A DNA stretch of 61,997 nt from Coniocarpon cinnabarinum. Its lineage: Eukaryota. The notes under the pieces were generated by a model that did not search any database, was not told the DNA's origin, and saw only the letters and a program-made list of their open reading frames with translations. The translations under genes and the position numbers were made by a program. Position 1 is the stretch's first letter, and each line of letters begins with the position of its first letter. The stretch is from NCBI GenBank assembly GCA_051942205.1, contig JAVECO010000142.1, positions 1 through 61,997 on the forward strand. Reading direction: 5' to 3'. Shown here piece by piece: positions 1 to 12,829 of this stretch.

Positions 1-545
1 CCCCCCTCCCCTAATTGTCCTCCCTTCTCCACATTCTCTCGCAAACAAATCCCCATCAATGCCTTCGATCTCCCTCGAGAGAACGCTACGCATAAATCAC
101 TCTCCTTGCACACCGCTCACATCAGGCTTTTGACGCGGTAACACTCACCTGCTAATTTGAATCATGAGATTCTCCGCTTGGCAATCGAGGAAGCATCGGT
201 TGAGCAGAACGGCATGATCCTCCATCACTCAGCAGTGCAACGAGCTGAGCACGAGAAACGCGATAAAGCATTTCGCGATGACGAGAAAGCTCAGAATAAG
301 AGAAGAAGATTCAAGAGCAAGAATGAATCCGGTTGACTGATGCAAATCGCCGCTCTTTACCGTACATCATTATGAGGGTGAACCGTCCGTGATGGACATT
401 CTCATCCTACAACAGTATCCCTGTACCCCTCCATGCAATAACACACCATAGGGAACACAGGGTGAAGAACACAAGGTATTGCACAACACAGACAACCTCC
501 AATTCAAAAGGAAAAAAAAGGTCCCATGATGCTCGAGCCGCAACG

Positions 546-2551
546 CTAGACCCCATCATCAATCTGATCCACCACCACACGTCGAGTGAATGCATCCCAA
601 CCGCGGCAAGTCTGCTCTCCAATACGTGTCGTGGGTCGGAATTTGGGGTCGTCTTGGATCGCGTCTGGATTCTCAAGGACCGTAAAGTACAGACCGGCGC
701 TCAAGTGCCAAGCGATGTGACAGTGGAAGGGCCAGACGCCCGGGTTGTCTTGGAACCACTGCACAACCATGTGAGTGGGATTCGTGGGCGACCCAGGTGG
801 CATGAGCTGCACATCACGACGTTGCGGGTTCGACTGACGGACAACGGTGCCGTCCCAGGGACCGAAGCCGACGTTGAGGATCTGCATGTTGTGGCCGTGG
901 AGATGCATTGGATGAGGCTGCGTATCGTAGTTGAGGACGACGAGGCGAACCGTGGCGTTGGTGCCGTAGTTGTGAACGGCCGTGACGCGGTCAAAGGTAA
1001 GGTTGCCCTCGTGAACTTGCTGCAAGACGGGGTTGTTGTAGTCCGCCCGAAATGAGATGTTGTTCATGTAGTAGAGCTGGTGAGTGCCATTGCTCTTGAG
1101 CTCCATGTTGATGGTTTCGGTGACGCTAGGTTCAGGAGCATTCTCTTCGTACACAGGGATAGTCTGCTGCAAGGGGTCGTTGGCGCAGTACTGCTGACTG
1201 GCATCGTTGACGCTTGAGGTGGTGTTGGGCTTTTGGTCTTGTGGTGCCCCCTCATAGTAAATTGCCGCCAGCGCCAGTGGAGAGATACCATCGTTGTTGA
1301 TGCCGCAACCTCTAATGTTGGAGCGCATCCAGTAAGCCTCGCCAGGCTTGCCAGTGCCATTCACAAGTACATCGGCGCGCTGTCCAATCCCGAGAGAAAC
1401 GTGATCGGTCGTATATGGCTGGATCGGCACATAGTCGTTGGCGACCACGGTGAGATTGTGACCATCAATGGAGAACTTCTGAATCGACGCTGCACCGGTG
1501 TTGATGAGACGAAGCTTGTGCGTGGCACCAGATGTGAAGTTGAATTTGGACAATCCAGCATTCGGTGTGCAAGGCAGGGTCGTCTTGGAGCAGTCATAAG
1601 CCATCTTGCCATTGATGAGATTGTTTTGACTTGAGGGGGCATTGGGGCCTCCGACGGCAATTTCCTCGTTCGGAGCCATGACTTGATGAACGAGGTAAGA
1701 GTAATTGTTGTGGTACCATTCGTTCAGCATGACAGGGCCCAAATCAGTGATGTTGTCGTAGTCTGTTGGACCGTCTGGCGCTGAGTGTTAGCTTTGTCTG
1801 AAGAGACATGAGTTGATCAGTGAACCTCATGAACGCACAAATGATCATGGGTCCAAAAGCGCCTCCAGCGTATTGCGTCGAGTAGTGGCTGTGGTACCAA
1901 GACGAGCCATAGAGATCAGCTTGAAAGCGGTACGTATAGGTCTTTCCTGGAGCGATGGGACATTGGCCAACAGACGGAATACCGTCGTACCATGGCGTGG
2001 CCTTCTGCAGCAGACCGTGCCAGTGCAAAGATGTGCCTTCTTGTACGTCCATCAATCTGTTGTGTACGGTGACTTGGGATGATAGTCAGCTTCGTGTTTG
2101 CCAAAAGACAAACGACGCTCAGTCGCTCACCTTCAATCCAGTCACCATAGTTGGCTTCGATCATGGGGCCGGGGAACTGGCCGTTGATGCAGACTTCATT
2201 TGGCAGCTCAACACCATCTGGGGCGATGGTGCACTCCGCAATGGTGAAATCGTAATAGCGAGTCTTACCCGTATCAGGAGCGGAAGTGTAGGGATTGCTG
2301 TTGGTGGTGTTGATGGGCGCCCAGGGTGCATGACCACCGTCGTACGGCTGATTTGCGTTCGGGCCACCCACCCAGGCTGGGAGCTGCGGTGAGGGAAGCA
2401 AACCCCAGATGCCGCCACCGTTTTGCTCGACTTGGCTGAGAGTGTTGTGCAAAGTACCAACAAGGGTGTCGATGACGGGGTCTACAAGGTTGGCGATGCC
2501 CGTCCCTGGTGCTGGCGGGCTGAAGGCGGAAGCTAAGTCTACGAGAGCCAT
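546..2551 (-). CDS. Laccase / multicopper oxidase (AA1), 3 exons; introns 2073-2130 and 1775-1838
   Basis: All four copper-binding motifs are present: [17 protein letters not shown] and HCHIAWH, with Leu in the axial position ([12 protein letters not shown]). C-terminus is QIDDGV. Both GT-AG introns have branch sites and restore the frame. Confidence 0.95.
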
Positions 2552-4091
2552 GATTAAGAATTATTGATAAACTTCAGTGGGCTTGAAAAAGAAAAAAATG
2601 GTAAGACGCGCCCAGTGGCTACTACAGGCACCAAGGCGTGGATGAGAAGAAGAGAGAAGCGAGCGACTGTGTGAATTGGAACGAGAGTATGTCTTGGCCG
2701 GGTTGTGGTGGCAGTGTCGAGGAAGGAAGGAATGAAGCAGCGAGACGTTCTGGTGACGCCCCCGAGGACGAGCGACTGAGGGAAAGAAGGAGCAATGGAG
2801 AAAAGGAAAGAAGATTGAACCACCATCACACATGTGCAGCCTGACACCCACATATATCAATGCGAATGTCAATGGGAGGTTCAACTGTAGCTAGCGCCGG
2901 ACAATGCACCACGACATTCACCGTAGGCATATGCACGCAGCGGGTTAGAGGTCAAGGCCAGGAGACTGAAAGTTCCAACGGTCGCCCGCGGCGGTGGACA
3001 CTCATTGGCAAGAACATGCCCCGTGGCCGGTCTTGACCCAGATGAGAAACCTGGGCTGCATCTGAGCACTCGTGGGAACGAGCGTGAGTAGGTAACCAGC
3101 TGGAGGCCTCTTCCGTCAGACGTTCGATGCTTGGTTCCTCCTCCCCCCGTCCTGGGTACAGATTCACGGATTGAAGCAACGAGGAGTGAAGATGGTGGAG
3201 AGGCGGTGTGGGAGTGGGCTGTCTCCACTGTGAACATGTTGATGTCCCGGTGTGGTGAGCACGCCGGTGGTCGCAGGCTCCATGAACATTGAATTGGGGT
3301 TGTGGTGCAGAGAAAGAAGTATGTAGAGTCGGGAAGCGAGTGTCACAGGATGGAAAGCTTGGCAACAGCTCTACGGAGTATCGGCGGTGAGCTGGGACCA
3401 AGGCGGTGTCCGTGTCCGTGTGGATCCCTTCACCCTTTCTCCTCGACGATTTTTCTTCGACATTTTCCACTTGGACTAGCCCGGATCGTGAGTTTGGTCA
3501 GCCTCGAGACCGCTTGCAACGAAAGTGTTCTTCGCTTGGCACCTCCATGTAAAATCCTTGCCCAGTATCGGAGACCAGCATCTCGCCCGCAAGACATCCA
3601 AAGTGACAATCACCCCGGGACAAGGCCAAACCGAACCGGACCAACAGCAGTGCGTGCCAGGCCACATTGTGAAACCGAGTCACGCTTGGCGATAACGTCG
3701 TCTGGCTCAGGACCGTGCCGACTCTCCGGCCTCGAGGGGCGCGGCAGTACCCCGGCATTAGCTGTGTTGCCACTCTGCAAATAAGAATCGAGGGGTCACA
3801 AGTGGAGAGGACGAGTGTCTTTACGGTCAGAAACGGGTTTTCTTTTCATTCATGAGTTAGATATTTGTACATTTGATTGTGCTGCTCGGCCGTGGCGCGC
3901 TCTGTGACGCGTCTTCATGTGTAGTATTAGGGTGATGATTTCGCATCGTGTCTCATCTTCGCAAACAGGCTAGAATGGGGCGGGGGTACGCAATGCTGTT
4001 GCTGTGCATCGTTACACCCGCCGACTGCCTTCTCCGTCACTATATGACGCTCTTCAACAGCGGTGAACCACTTCCAGCCATCATCTGTCGA

Positions 4092-5761
4092 TCATAGCAT
4101 GAGCCGTGCTGAGCCTGTCTGTGATGGTCCCGAGGAGACGGTCTGTGTAGTCTGTCCCAGATTGTACTTCTGACACCAATGGTCATGATCAATGCAACTC
4201 ATGTATTGACACCAATGGCAGTTGGACTCGTGCGTGTTGTAGAAGTTCTTGATAATGAGAATGAACCCTACCAGAATCGCAACCAACGCCGCAGCGCGGA
4301 AGATCCACCACACCCACCACAGCGGCTTACGGTCCCTGAAAAAGGCACTTGGGTTTTTGAGAAACTTGGTAGCATCCGTACCCGTCGTGCCATAGACGAT
4401 CTGCGTTGCACCAATAGGCTTGGACTTCCTTCGGCCTTTCTTAGAGCGCTTGAAGGGAATCTGTTCCATGCCAATCTGCTTGCGCAGAGCATTAGGCGAA
4501 TGAAGGAGACATACTCCAAGCACAAGACCAACGAGCAGGCCACCAATGTGCGAGAAATTATCCAAGCCCGTCGGCAACAGACCAATGACAATTTCAATAA
4601 CAACAGTTGCGAGAAGTGTGAACAGGTCAAACCATGGGTTGCTTCGATCGCTCCACGTGTAGAAGAGATCAAGGAATATCAATCCAATGATACCAAACAG
4701 GCTTCCTGAGCAGCCCCTGGTGTATAGTTAGCATTTGCGAGATCTTTCAGGAATCTATCGACTCACGTGGATGCTATCCCAGACTGTGCATAGTCGCCTC
4801 CAAAAACGAAGCCGAAGATTCCCGCACTAAAGTAGACCAGGCCAAATCGAATTGAGCCAATGGCCCTCTCCATATCCCGCGCAACGAAGAGTTGCAGGAG
4901 TAAATTGCTGGCAATATGAATGAATCCTCCGTGGAGGAAGATGGGCGTGATGAAGCGAAACCACTGATTTGGTGCGGGACTTTGTTCCAGACCTGCTTGC
5001 CCTTTCAGAGCCGGGTTCGGGTTTGGCACTGGATACGAGCTTGTGAAGCCACAAAGTTCAGTGAGTGAGCAGGAAGCACCATCAGCGGCGTTGGATGTCG
5101 CATTTGGACACGGAAACAAAGTGACGCCTTGATCTTGCACGCCGACTTGATTACGCATGCAAGCCACGTAACGCGCTCCCATGTTGATGAGGACGTTCGG
5201 TGAAGGGCCAAGCATGGGATTGACGTACGGCTTCGTCATGATGGGCGAGCCCGTCAGGTTCGACATCTTGACCAGCTCCGCAATGAAGACTATGATCTGG
5301 ATGAAAGAAACCACGTAGACGACATATGGTATGCGAGTCCAGTCGAACTTTTTGGGCTTCTTCTTCTTGTTCTTGTCGTACGGTCGCTGCTCTTCTTGCG
5401 CAATCAAAAAAGAGTCCGACTCTTGACGAGTGAGGCCGTAACCTGGCGGATATGACCCGTTTCCATCTTCTGTTTTCGGCTGTTGCTTTTGGAGTGGGAT
5501 CTGGTCAGACAGCATAGACGGGTCCGAGTCATGACGGTGGAAAGAGGAGGGAGTGTCTCGATGGGAGCTGGCGTAGTGTAAAGCTGGTTGAGAGTTCCAA
5601 GATGAATGAGAGTCGTGGGGACCGAGGGGGGAGACAGGTCGGTAAGGGACAGGTTTGTTCAGGTCCTCGGGCGTGTAAGCTTTCGGAGGTGACTGCGCTT
5701 CAGCGTATCCATAATGGTTGTTGGAGAAGGATGTATCGTTGTAGTAGTCTCTGTTCGCCAT
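4092..5761 (-). CDS. Rhomboid family intramembrane serine protease; intron 4717-4766
   Basis: QWFRFITPIFLHGGFIH motif, catalytic GxSG formed across the splice junction (ASTGCSGSLFG), catalytic His in SHIGG, several TM segments and a Cys-rich tail. Start taken at the ATG of MANRDYY. Confidence 0.92.
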
Positions 5762-6144
5762 TGCGAAGAGATTCTTCACCTCACGGATTTGTGAGGTATT
5801 CGGTGGCGTGGAAAATTGAGCGAGGCTGCGTTGAAGGGAGGTCGAGGCCTCGAGCCGGCTTGCCGGTACTCAGCAGAGGCCCCAGTCAAGGGTTCATTTG
5901 GCGTCAGGTTGTATCGAGTTGATGATTACGACTTTCGCAAGGCGATGATCGATTAAGCCGACAAAGAATGGAAATGTAACGCTGCGATTGTAGCCCTCAG
6001 ACAGGGTGGATGTCAGACTGGGATTAAGCGAAGGGAATGAGTATCGTTTGGAAGGAGCGGCGTTTGCAATCTGAGAGAGGCCACGAAGGCGATTAGCGAG
6101 AGGCGGAGGGATGTCGTTTGATGTGACAACGTAGCGACAGACGC

Positions 6145-6173
6145 GAGGAGGAGGAGGAGGAGGAGGAGGAGGA
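6145..6173 (+). repeat. (GAG/GGA)n microsatellite, about 9 units
   Basis: Run gaggaggaggaggaggaggaggaggagga read directly, upstream of the rhomboid gene. Confidence 0.9.
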
Positions 6174-7894
6174 AGGGAGAGAGGGTGGTTGCAGAGTAGC
6201 AAACGCAAAGACGGGCGCAGGTGGTGTGGTAAGTAGGTACGGAGGACTGGAGAGTCAGGTGAGCGAGTCAGAAAGAAATGGGGACGTTGGAGGCAGTGCT
6301 GGCACCTCCCTCGCCCCCTAAAGCTTTAGTGGACTTTGGGGGACAAGCCCAAACGACACGTCGGCGCTGCGTCATTCTCTGGCGGCTTCTCAGCCCCAAA
6401 CCCGCTACAGTTTCCACAGTTCGGTTTCCCCTAAGCCTGGGGGCCTCGACGCGCTGATTTCCTTCTCAATGACCCAACATCCATCTACCTTATCTCCCCC
6501 TCTCCCCCTCCTCCTCCACTCCATTCCCTGTCCCACTTCCCGACTGCTTCGTCAAACGAGTATATATTCCACCCTCCACCCTCCCTGACAGCTAGAGGCG
6601 ACACGTCTTCCTGCAACTCTGAAACCCATCTGGATCCTTGTTGAGCGGCCCCACTCTGCAACAACGTGTCTCTCTGTCTCTCTTCCTATGCCCCGTCCAA
6701 AAATAGACTTCCAAGTCATGGGGGCCCTCTCCCCAATGATCCTTCGCCCTTGCCGCTCTTCCAGCTTTTCTGTCAATACCTCGCGGCTGAGCCCCCTCTA
6801 TCTCTGTTTACGTGCCGGCGCTGCGTTCTCTGACCCCAAGCTCCTCGTGGCTCGAACAGCGATCCGTTTCACGGTCATTCTGTTCTGCACCGTTATCCGT
6901 GTTCGCCGCTTCTTGATATCTACGCCGGCGCTCGCTCTGTCCTGACTGTTTGGCGCTGGATCGATGCCTTGACGTACTGCACAGCGAGGCTTCAAGAGTG
7001 CAGGACCTCTTTCGAAGCTCAGTGTCTGCCTGTGGCTTCAGTGCACGTCTCACGTTGTGGTGCTCCTTCAGACTCTGATACATCTCGAGACATGCATCTC
7101 TTGCAAGAAAGAGAGAGGCGTTGTACCGCAGCCGCCCTCCTCAAATCTTCTTGGATGTGCAGTCACGTCTTGATCAAAGGCAAGCACCTAGCAAGTGCAT
7201 AGACTTTTGTATAGCCTGGCATGTAAGGTGAGAGTTGGCACGTGATCGACATAGATTCTCAATCATACATTAAAAATGCAAAATCGCAGGAGATGGGCAA
7301 GAACACAGTGCACTTGCGCGATGCTTGGACAAGACCACCTGCCTGCGTTAGATCGTTAGCTATGTAGACTCGATGCAGTGAATCAGGCAAATATATGGCT
7401 GTCGCAAGCTTCATCCTCTTTCTGATAGGCACTGCATGAGCAGGTGTTTCCAGTCTACTACATGAGAAGCCGCAAACGGTTTGTTACATCCATGACCCAA
7501 TGTGACCACTGTGACTCACCCTCATAAGCTTGACATTGTGTCAATTCGTAGCGCAGACTGGGCGGAGTGCATCCATTGCGTCTTGAGGAAGCTTGTGAAC
7601 GGACGCGATTTGCCCGACGCCGTCGGATTCTCCTCAGTTGAATACTATCCGTAGTACACAACGGGTCAGCATATAACAAAGGCGACCCCACAACGGACCC
7701 CAGGTAGGACAGTAATTGAGTCTTGAACATCCGCGTAGTCACATCGAAACGAGCATTCGTGTTGTCAGCAGCTATAAAGCCGCCTTCACCTCCCCCCCGC
7801 CCCTCCAACAAATTCGCTATCAGTTTTGAACGTCAATTTGTGTTCCACACCGAGGGTCGCAAGATCTACTGGAGACAAGATCCGCGATTTGAAA

Positions 7895-8643
7895 ATGCTC
7901 GAGGTCCATCATCTGGAACGCTCTCAATCCGAGAGAGTCGTTTGGCTCTGTGAAGAGCTAGGCATCGAGTACAAACTCCACGTGCACCAACGGAATCCAG
8001 AAACTGCACTCGCACCACCCATCTTCAAAGAGCTTCATGCACCGGGCTCGGCGCCCGTCATCGTCGACACCCGCGCCGACGGCAAAAGAATAGTCATCGG
8101 TGAGAGTGGCGCGTGCGTGGAGTACATCATCCACGTTTACGGTAATGGACGACTTGCCGTGAAGCCCGAAGCTGATAACTACGCCGGTCCGTGAAAGCAT
8201 CTCCCTCAACGTCGGAGCGACTAACAAGTCCTCTAGATTATCTGAGCTGGTTCCATTTCTGCAATGGATCCTACCAGCCCGGAAACTCACGGAACATGGT
8301 TGTCAACATGGCCAGCGGAGGCAAACCTCCGGACAGCCCCATTCTCCAGATGTTTCAAGCGCGACAAGAGACCTTCCGTCAAATGCTCGACCAACGGCTG
8401 GGAGAGGTTCCGTACCTGGCAGGCGATGAGCTGACCGCGGCAGACATCATGATGGTGTACTCTTTGTCGACCAACCGGGGGTACTCGCCGAATGATCTGA
8501 CGCCTTACAAGCATATCTTGGAGTATTTGCAACGCGTTTCACAGAGAGAGGGCTACAAGCGGGCGAGAGCCAAGGGCGATCCAGAGACCCCGCCGTTGAC
8601 AGCACCAGTTGTGGAGAGGTTCAAGTTTGGCGCGCTCAAGTAA
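7895..8643 (+). CDS. Glutathione S-transferase (GTT1-like); intron 8187-8236
   Basis: N-terminus MLEVHHLERSQSERVVWLCEELG, ESGA motif, and YLAGDELTAADIMM in the C-domain. A GTCCGT...CTAAC...TAG intron joins the two ORFs in frame. Confidence 0.93.
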
Positions 8644-8906
8644 TGTTGTGTTCGGGCTCATCTTGCAAGTTGCATCGTTTGAGAATGGAAAATGGAACTG
8701 GTGAGTGCGTGTGATCAACGGCGATGGGGCGCTTACTGCTGAGGCTCGATGCCAAGTTCACCCGTCTCACGCGACGTGTTGTAGCCGCGCTTGATCTTGG
8801 TCGTTTGCCGCAAGTCTACAGGCTGAATTGAACAAGCTACATGCAATGTCGTTACTTTCATTGATGTACAGGTCGAGCTATTTTATCATACAAACGTCAA
8901 CATGCT

Positions 8907-10559
8907 TCAGCCTTTAGGGTATGCTCTAGCAGGTCTAGGACTTCGAGAGCTGCGGAAATTGCGTTTCGGTGAACGTGACGACATCACGTCTTCCGGTAGA
9001 TCATTCCACTGCCCTCGAGGTGGATTTCCGTCGTTAGGAAGCAGGCGCGTCCTTGAAGCGTGATCATTGTCTTCGCCGCTGTCCTCACTGCTGTAAGTTG
9101 GGTCTTCAGCGTCGATTGTGTGCTTACGCTGACGTGAGGGCAACGATTTCATTGAGTAATCGCTTTGAGAATCGTCCTCCTTCAAATGCTCACCAAATCT
9201 TTGACCAAGGAGGGTGTCGTTTCTGAAATCAACAGCCGGTGCACGACGGACCCAGCCGTGGTCCTCTTGCCGAAAGGCCTGTTCTTCGCGCTCCTGAGCT
9301 CGCCGTTCTTGGGCAACTTCTTCACGCGCTTGCTGCCATTTGGAGCTCGCTTGCCAATTCCAGCCATCCCCAGTGGTATTGCAGATAGGCAGAAACCAGA
9401 GCAATTTACTTTCGCCGAACACATGCTGCAAATTCTGCTTCCAACCGTGATCAAATGCATTAGGTAGTTTTTCAGAATCTTGCTCGTCCAAGTATGCCGC
9501 ATATCGATCACGCTCGCGCCGTGCTTCAATGTCTGAGTAGTTGCGATTCAGTGCGCGCTGGGCGATCGTTGGCCTTTCACGTTGGTCTTCACCCTCCTCA
9601 GGACGAGTGACCCCCGGAATCGCGTTAGCGTGAGCTTCACGAACCTGGTCCACCAAACCAGGGGACGAGGGCGGTTCATCCTCGTCGACATACTGCCGCT
9701 CGGTCTGACGCTGCATTGCTTTACGAGCCGAAGTCAAATATCGTGTTTTCTCGAGGCTTTCGATGGTAGTTTGACCTTGTGTAGCCAAGTAGACGTGCCA
9801 GCCTGTGAAGCCACTCAAAACAAGGCCTATGATTCCCGACAAGACACAGCACAAAACATATTGGATTGGCATAATGCCTTCTTGAGCATCAAATTCACCC
9901 CCTGTGACAACCTGCACCCAGATCCAATCTGCAGTAACCCAGAAGCCGGTATAGCAAAAGAAGCACGTGTAAACCAGGAAGAGCACAAAGGGCTTGTAAT
10001 TTCGAAAACCCACGCAAGTGGCCAGCCACGGGCAATGGTGGTCCATCTTGAGCACACATCTCTTACACGAGGAGCAGTGGTGTGCGCGATCTGGCTTTCT
10101 GGATTGACATTTCTTGCAGAAGCGGAGTTCTCCCGTCGACTTGACTGTCAGTGAGCCAGGCGCCGGTTCATGCGAGGGCAAAGACGAGTAGCCCGAGGAG
10201 CGGGAAAGAGGTGAGCCTGGATCTGTGAAGACAGCAACGGTATAACTCCAGTTTAAGAGAACCCAGAACGTGACGCCGACGAATGCAGAACCATGGCCTG
10301 GACGCTCCCACCGTCAGCCTCAGACACGATAATGACGCAGCCTACAACAATGCATACCGATCCACGAGCCTTGCAGATCCGCAAATCCAAGAACGCACTG
10401 CACCCAGACAGCCCAGGTCGTTAGACCATAGACAAAGACCAAGGGAAAAACGCTCAGACAACTCCAGCAAATGCGCTCACACCTTCGCGGACAACTCCTT
10501 GAACGGCGACGACGTGAAGGAGAGGATGTCTGGGATGACGCGGGCGCTAGTGTCGCCAT
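8907..10559 (-). CDS. PFA3: DHHC palmitoyltransferase (Pfa3-like); intron 10298-10357
   Basis: CKKC...KPDRAHHCSSCKRCVLKMDHHCPW Cys-rich domain, TTIE motif, four TM segments, LNWSYTVAVFTDPGSP after the splice. Confidence 0.9.
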
Positions 10560-10947
10560 CGAAGAAACGTAGGGAGGAGGGAAACCAGAGGTATGCTCCT
10601 GAGCTTGTTGTTGCTCATCGTCTCATCCCATCGTTTAGGTGAAAGCGGTCGGCATTCAGGGGCTACGAATCAAGCTTAAAGTGGATTGTGATCGATGAAA
10701 TGAATGATTCAGATAGGAGGTGACCAGCTAGACTAGAAGGATAGCAGCGTCTTAAACAGCCGCGAACACGGCGAAAGCCACGCCACATCCTGCGCCACAA
10801 TCCCGTGCCACCAGCTCGGCTCCGACCTTACTGTTCTCTTGGAACCACAATCAACACCAGACTTGAGATTTCTGTGCTGGTGGCATGTCGAGGGTGAGAA
10901 TGAGAAGCCACGAATGTCATTCAGCGACATCGTAAGCCCTCGCCATC

Positions 10948-11622
10948 ATGTCCAGGCCCACTTCCCAGCAGGCACAGCGCCCGACGTCTAGCAGCGCCCG
11001 CAAAACGATATACGATGTGCCAGTAAATCGACGCCGCAATGCTGAGCTCAGCAGAGCAAGCTTCGCCTACCTCTTCAGTGAGATGATCACATATGCTCAA
11101 CGCAAGGTGACCGGCATCACCGACCTGGAGAAGCGACTCAACATTCAAGGATATCCCATTGGCTTGAAGCTTCTTGATCTTCTGCTTTACCGCTCACCGA
11201 CGCCTTTTTCGAGCACTACATCTGCAGCAGCTAACAACCTCCGACCAACAGCTATTCTTCCGCTGCTGCAATTCATTTCCACCACCCTCTGGAAGTCACT
11301 CTTCAATCGGCCGGCCGACGCACTGGAACGATCCTCCGAAGCAAAGGATGAATACATGATCACAGACAACGACCCGCTGGTGAATGCGCACATATCTGTA
11401 CCTAAAGAGATGAATCAGCTCAATTGTGCTGCATATGTTGCCGGTATTATCGAGGGCGTATGCGACGGATGCGGCTTCTTTGCACGCGTTACGGCGCATA
11501 GTGTCGGTGAAGAGGAGGGTGTCGACCACAGCAGGCAGATGTGGCCTGGTAAGACGGCCTTCCTCATAAAGTTCAACGAAGAAGTGATGGAGCGGGAGGA
11601 GATCCTTGGACACGACAAATGA
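10948..11622 (+). CDS. TRS31: TRAPP complex subunit Trs31 (TRAPPC5)
   Basis: ELSRASFAYLFSEMITYAQ, ISVPKEMNQLNCAAYVAGIIEGVCDGCGF; no intron. Confidence 0.95.
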   Translation: MSRPTSQQAQRPTSSSARKTIYDVPVNRRRNAELSRASFAYLFSEMITYAQRKVTGITDLEKRLNIQGYPIGLKLLDLLLYRSPTPFSSTTSAAANNLRPTAILPLLQFISTTLWKSLFNRPADALERSSEAKDEYMITDNDPLVNAHISVPKEMNQLNCAAYVAGIIEGVCDGCGFFARVTAHSVGEEEGVDHSRQMWPGKTAFLIKFNEEVMEREEILGHDK

Positions 11623-11807
11623 AGACTGTTAGTGAAGGTACCGCCATCAATGCGGCACGTCGCGATCATTACACGTCCTGGTTTCTATCTACGACCCAGG
11701 TCGATCTGTACAAATCTTTGCAGATGAACCACCAAAACTCAAGGTCTAGATGCAAGAACTCTTCAACGCCATGCGCGCTACAAATCTCAAACTCATACAA
11801 ATGGTGC

Positions 11808-12829
11808 TCATTTTAATCGAGCCTCTATCTTTCTCATGAGTCTGTTAGTCTGTTCTGCAAAGGACAATGTCAAGATCTGGAACAGAGTTAGCGAGCTTTA
11901 CGAAAAGACAGACACAGGCGTCACTTACAGTATGCGGCCATATTCTCGTCAAGTGCGCTCCGAAGCCTTTGTAAATGGCCAATACGCCCTCGGTTTTCAT
12001 GGTCCGCATGAGGCAGTCGATTGGACCTTTGTACAGATTTCCTGACTGGTTGTACATCCGGCTCATGATGGTATCGGGCGGATGCATGAAGACGCACACC
12101 GTGAATCCACTGGCAGCACTGCTCGCTAAATGTAGCGGGATTCCATCTTGCATTCCAAAATGCTTCACCAGCTGACGTTTTGCAAGAAAGTATGTTGGAA
12201 GCTGTACACTGCTTCCAAAGCTCGTTCTCACTATTGCAGGTCCTATCCCACGATACAGACCACGTACACCTTCTGCCGTGTATATTTGTTTCAAGCCTTC
12301 CCAGGCATTGCGATACTTGTGTTGTGTTCCTACTGGAAGAGAGGGCGAATACGACTGCAACCGAGTTTTGACTAGGAACAATGGCGATCCCACGACCGCG
12401 CCAATGGCACCGGACACTGCACCTGAGAAGAGATTGACCGGGACTGATTGAACTGTGGAATTCGAGTAGAGAAGAGGGGTCAATGTTGATCGCATTGGCT
12501 CATAGAAGCCTAATCGACAGCCATTCAATCCCATTTGATACAGATACTACGAGCCAAGTCAGCATCACTGTGCTGGCAGATCTTGAGGCAGCTGCAAGGT
12601 ATCGTACCGCGCAGTTCAGGCCTCTCAGCAACCCTCTCATGCCTTCGTTTCGAAAGACTGTCGTGAGCCCATGTGCCACGCCTTTGTACAGTCGCGGCGC
12701 ATTCTGCTTGCTCTGCAGCTCGCCTTGCAGCTGGAGTCGGATCTTGACAGTTTCGAAGCTGTGAGTGACCGTGACAGCGCCACAAGCCGCGAGGCCACCA
12801 GCGATGAAAGCACCCGTTGTCGACGCCAT
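11808..12829 (-). CDS. OAC1: Mitochondrial carrier, oxaloacetate/sulfate carrier-like; introns 12547-12607 and 11877-11928
   Basis: Three carrier repeats (HSFETVKIRLQLQGE, SPLFLVKTRLQ, HPPDTIMSRMYNQ) and LNGCRLGFYEP. The spliced end reads PHTILTLSFAEQTNRLMRKIEARLK*. Confidence 0.92.

Noticed and set aside
1..336. Frame +1 is open except for a single TAA at 139-141 and ends ...KRRRFKSKNESG*; possibly the 3' end of a gene or pseudogene
   Set aside because: No family is recognisable, the candidate intron has a poor acceptor and does not restore the frame, and the 5' context lies outside the window.
462..2392. Plus-strand ORFs of 130-200 aa overlapping the laccase, and similar antisense ORFs over most other genes
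   Set aside because: They are shadow ORFs expected from codon bias on the opposite strand and show no motifs.
2554..3784. Several 90-170 aa ORFs upstream of the laccase
   Set aside because: Low-complexity, overlapping in several frames and without motifs; more likely promoter or 5' UTR.
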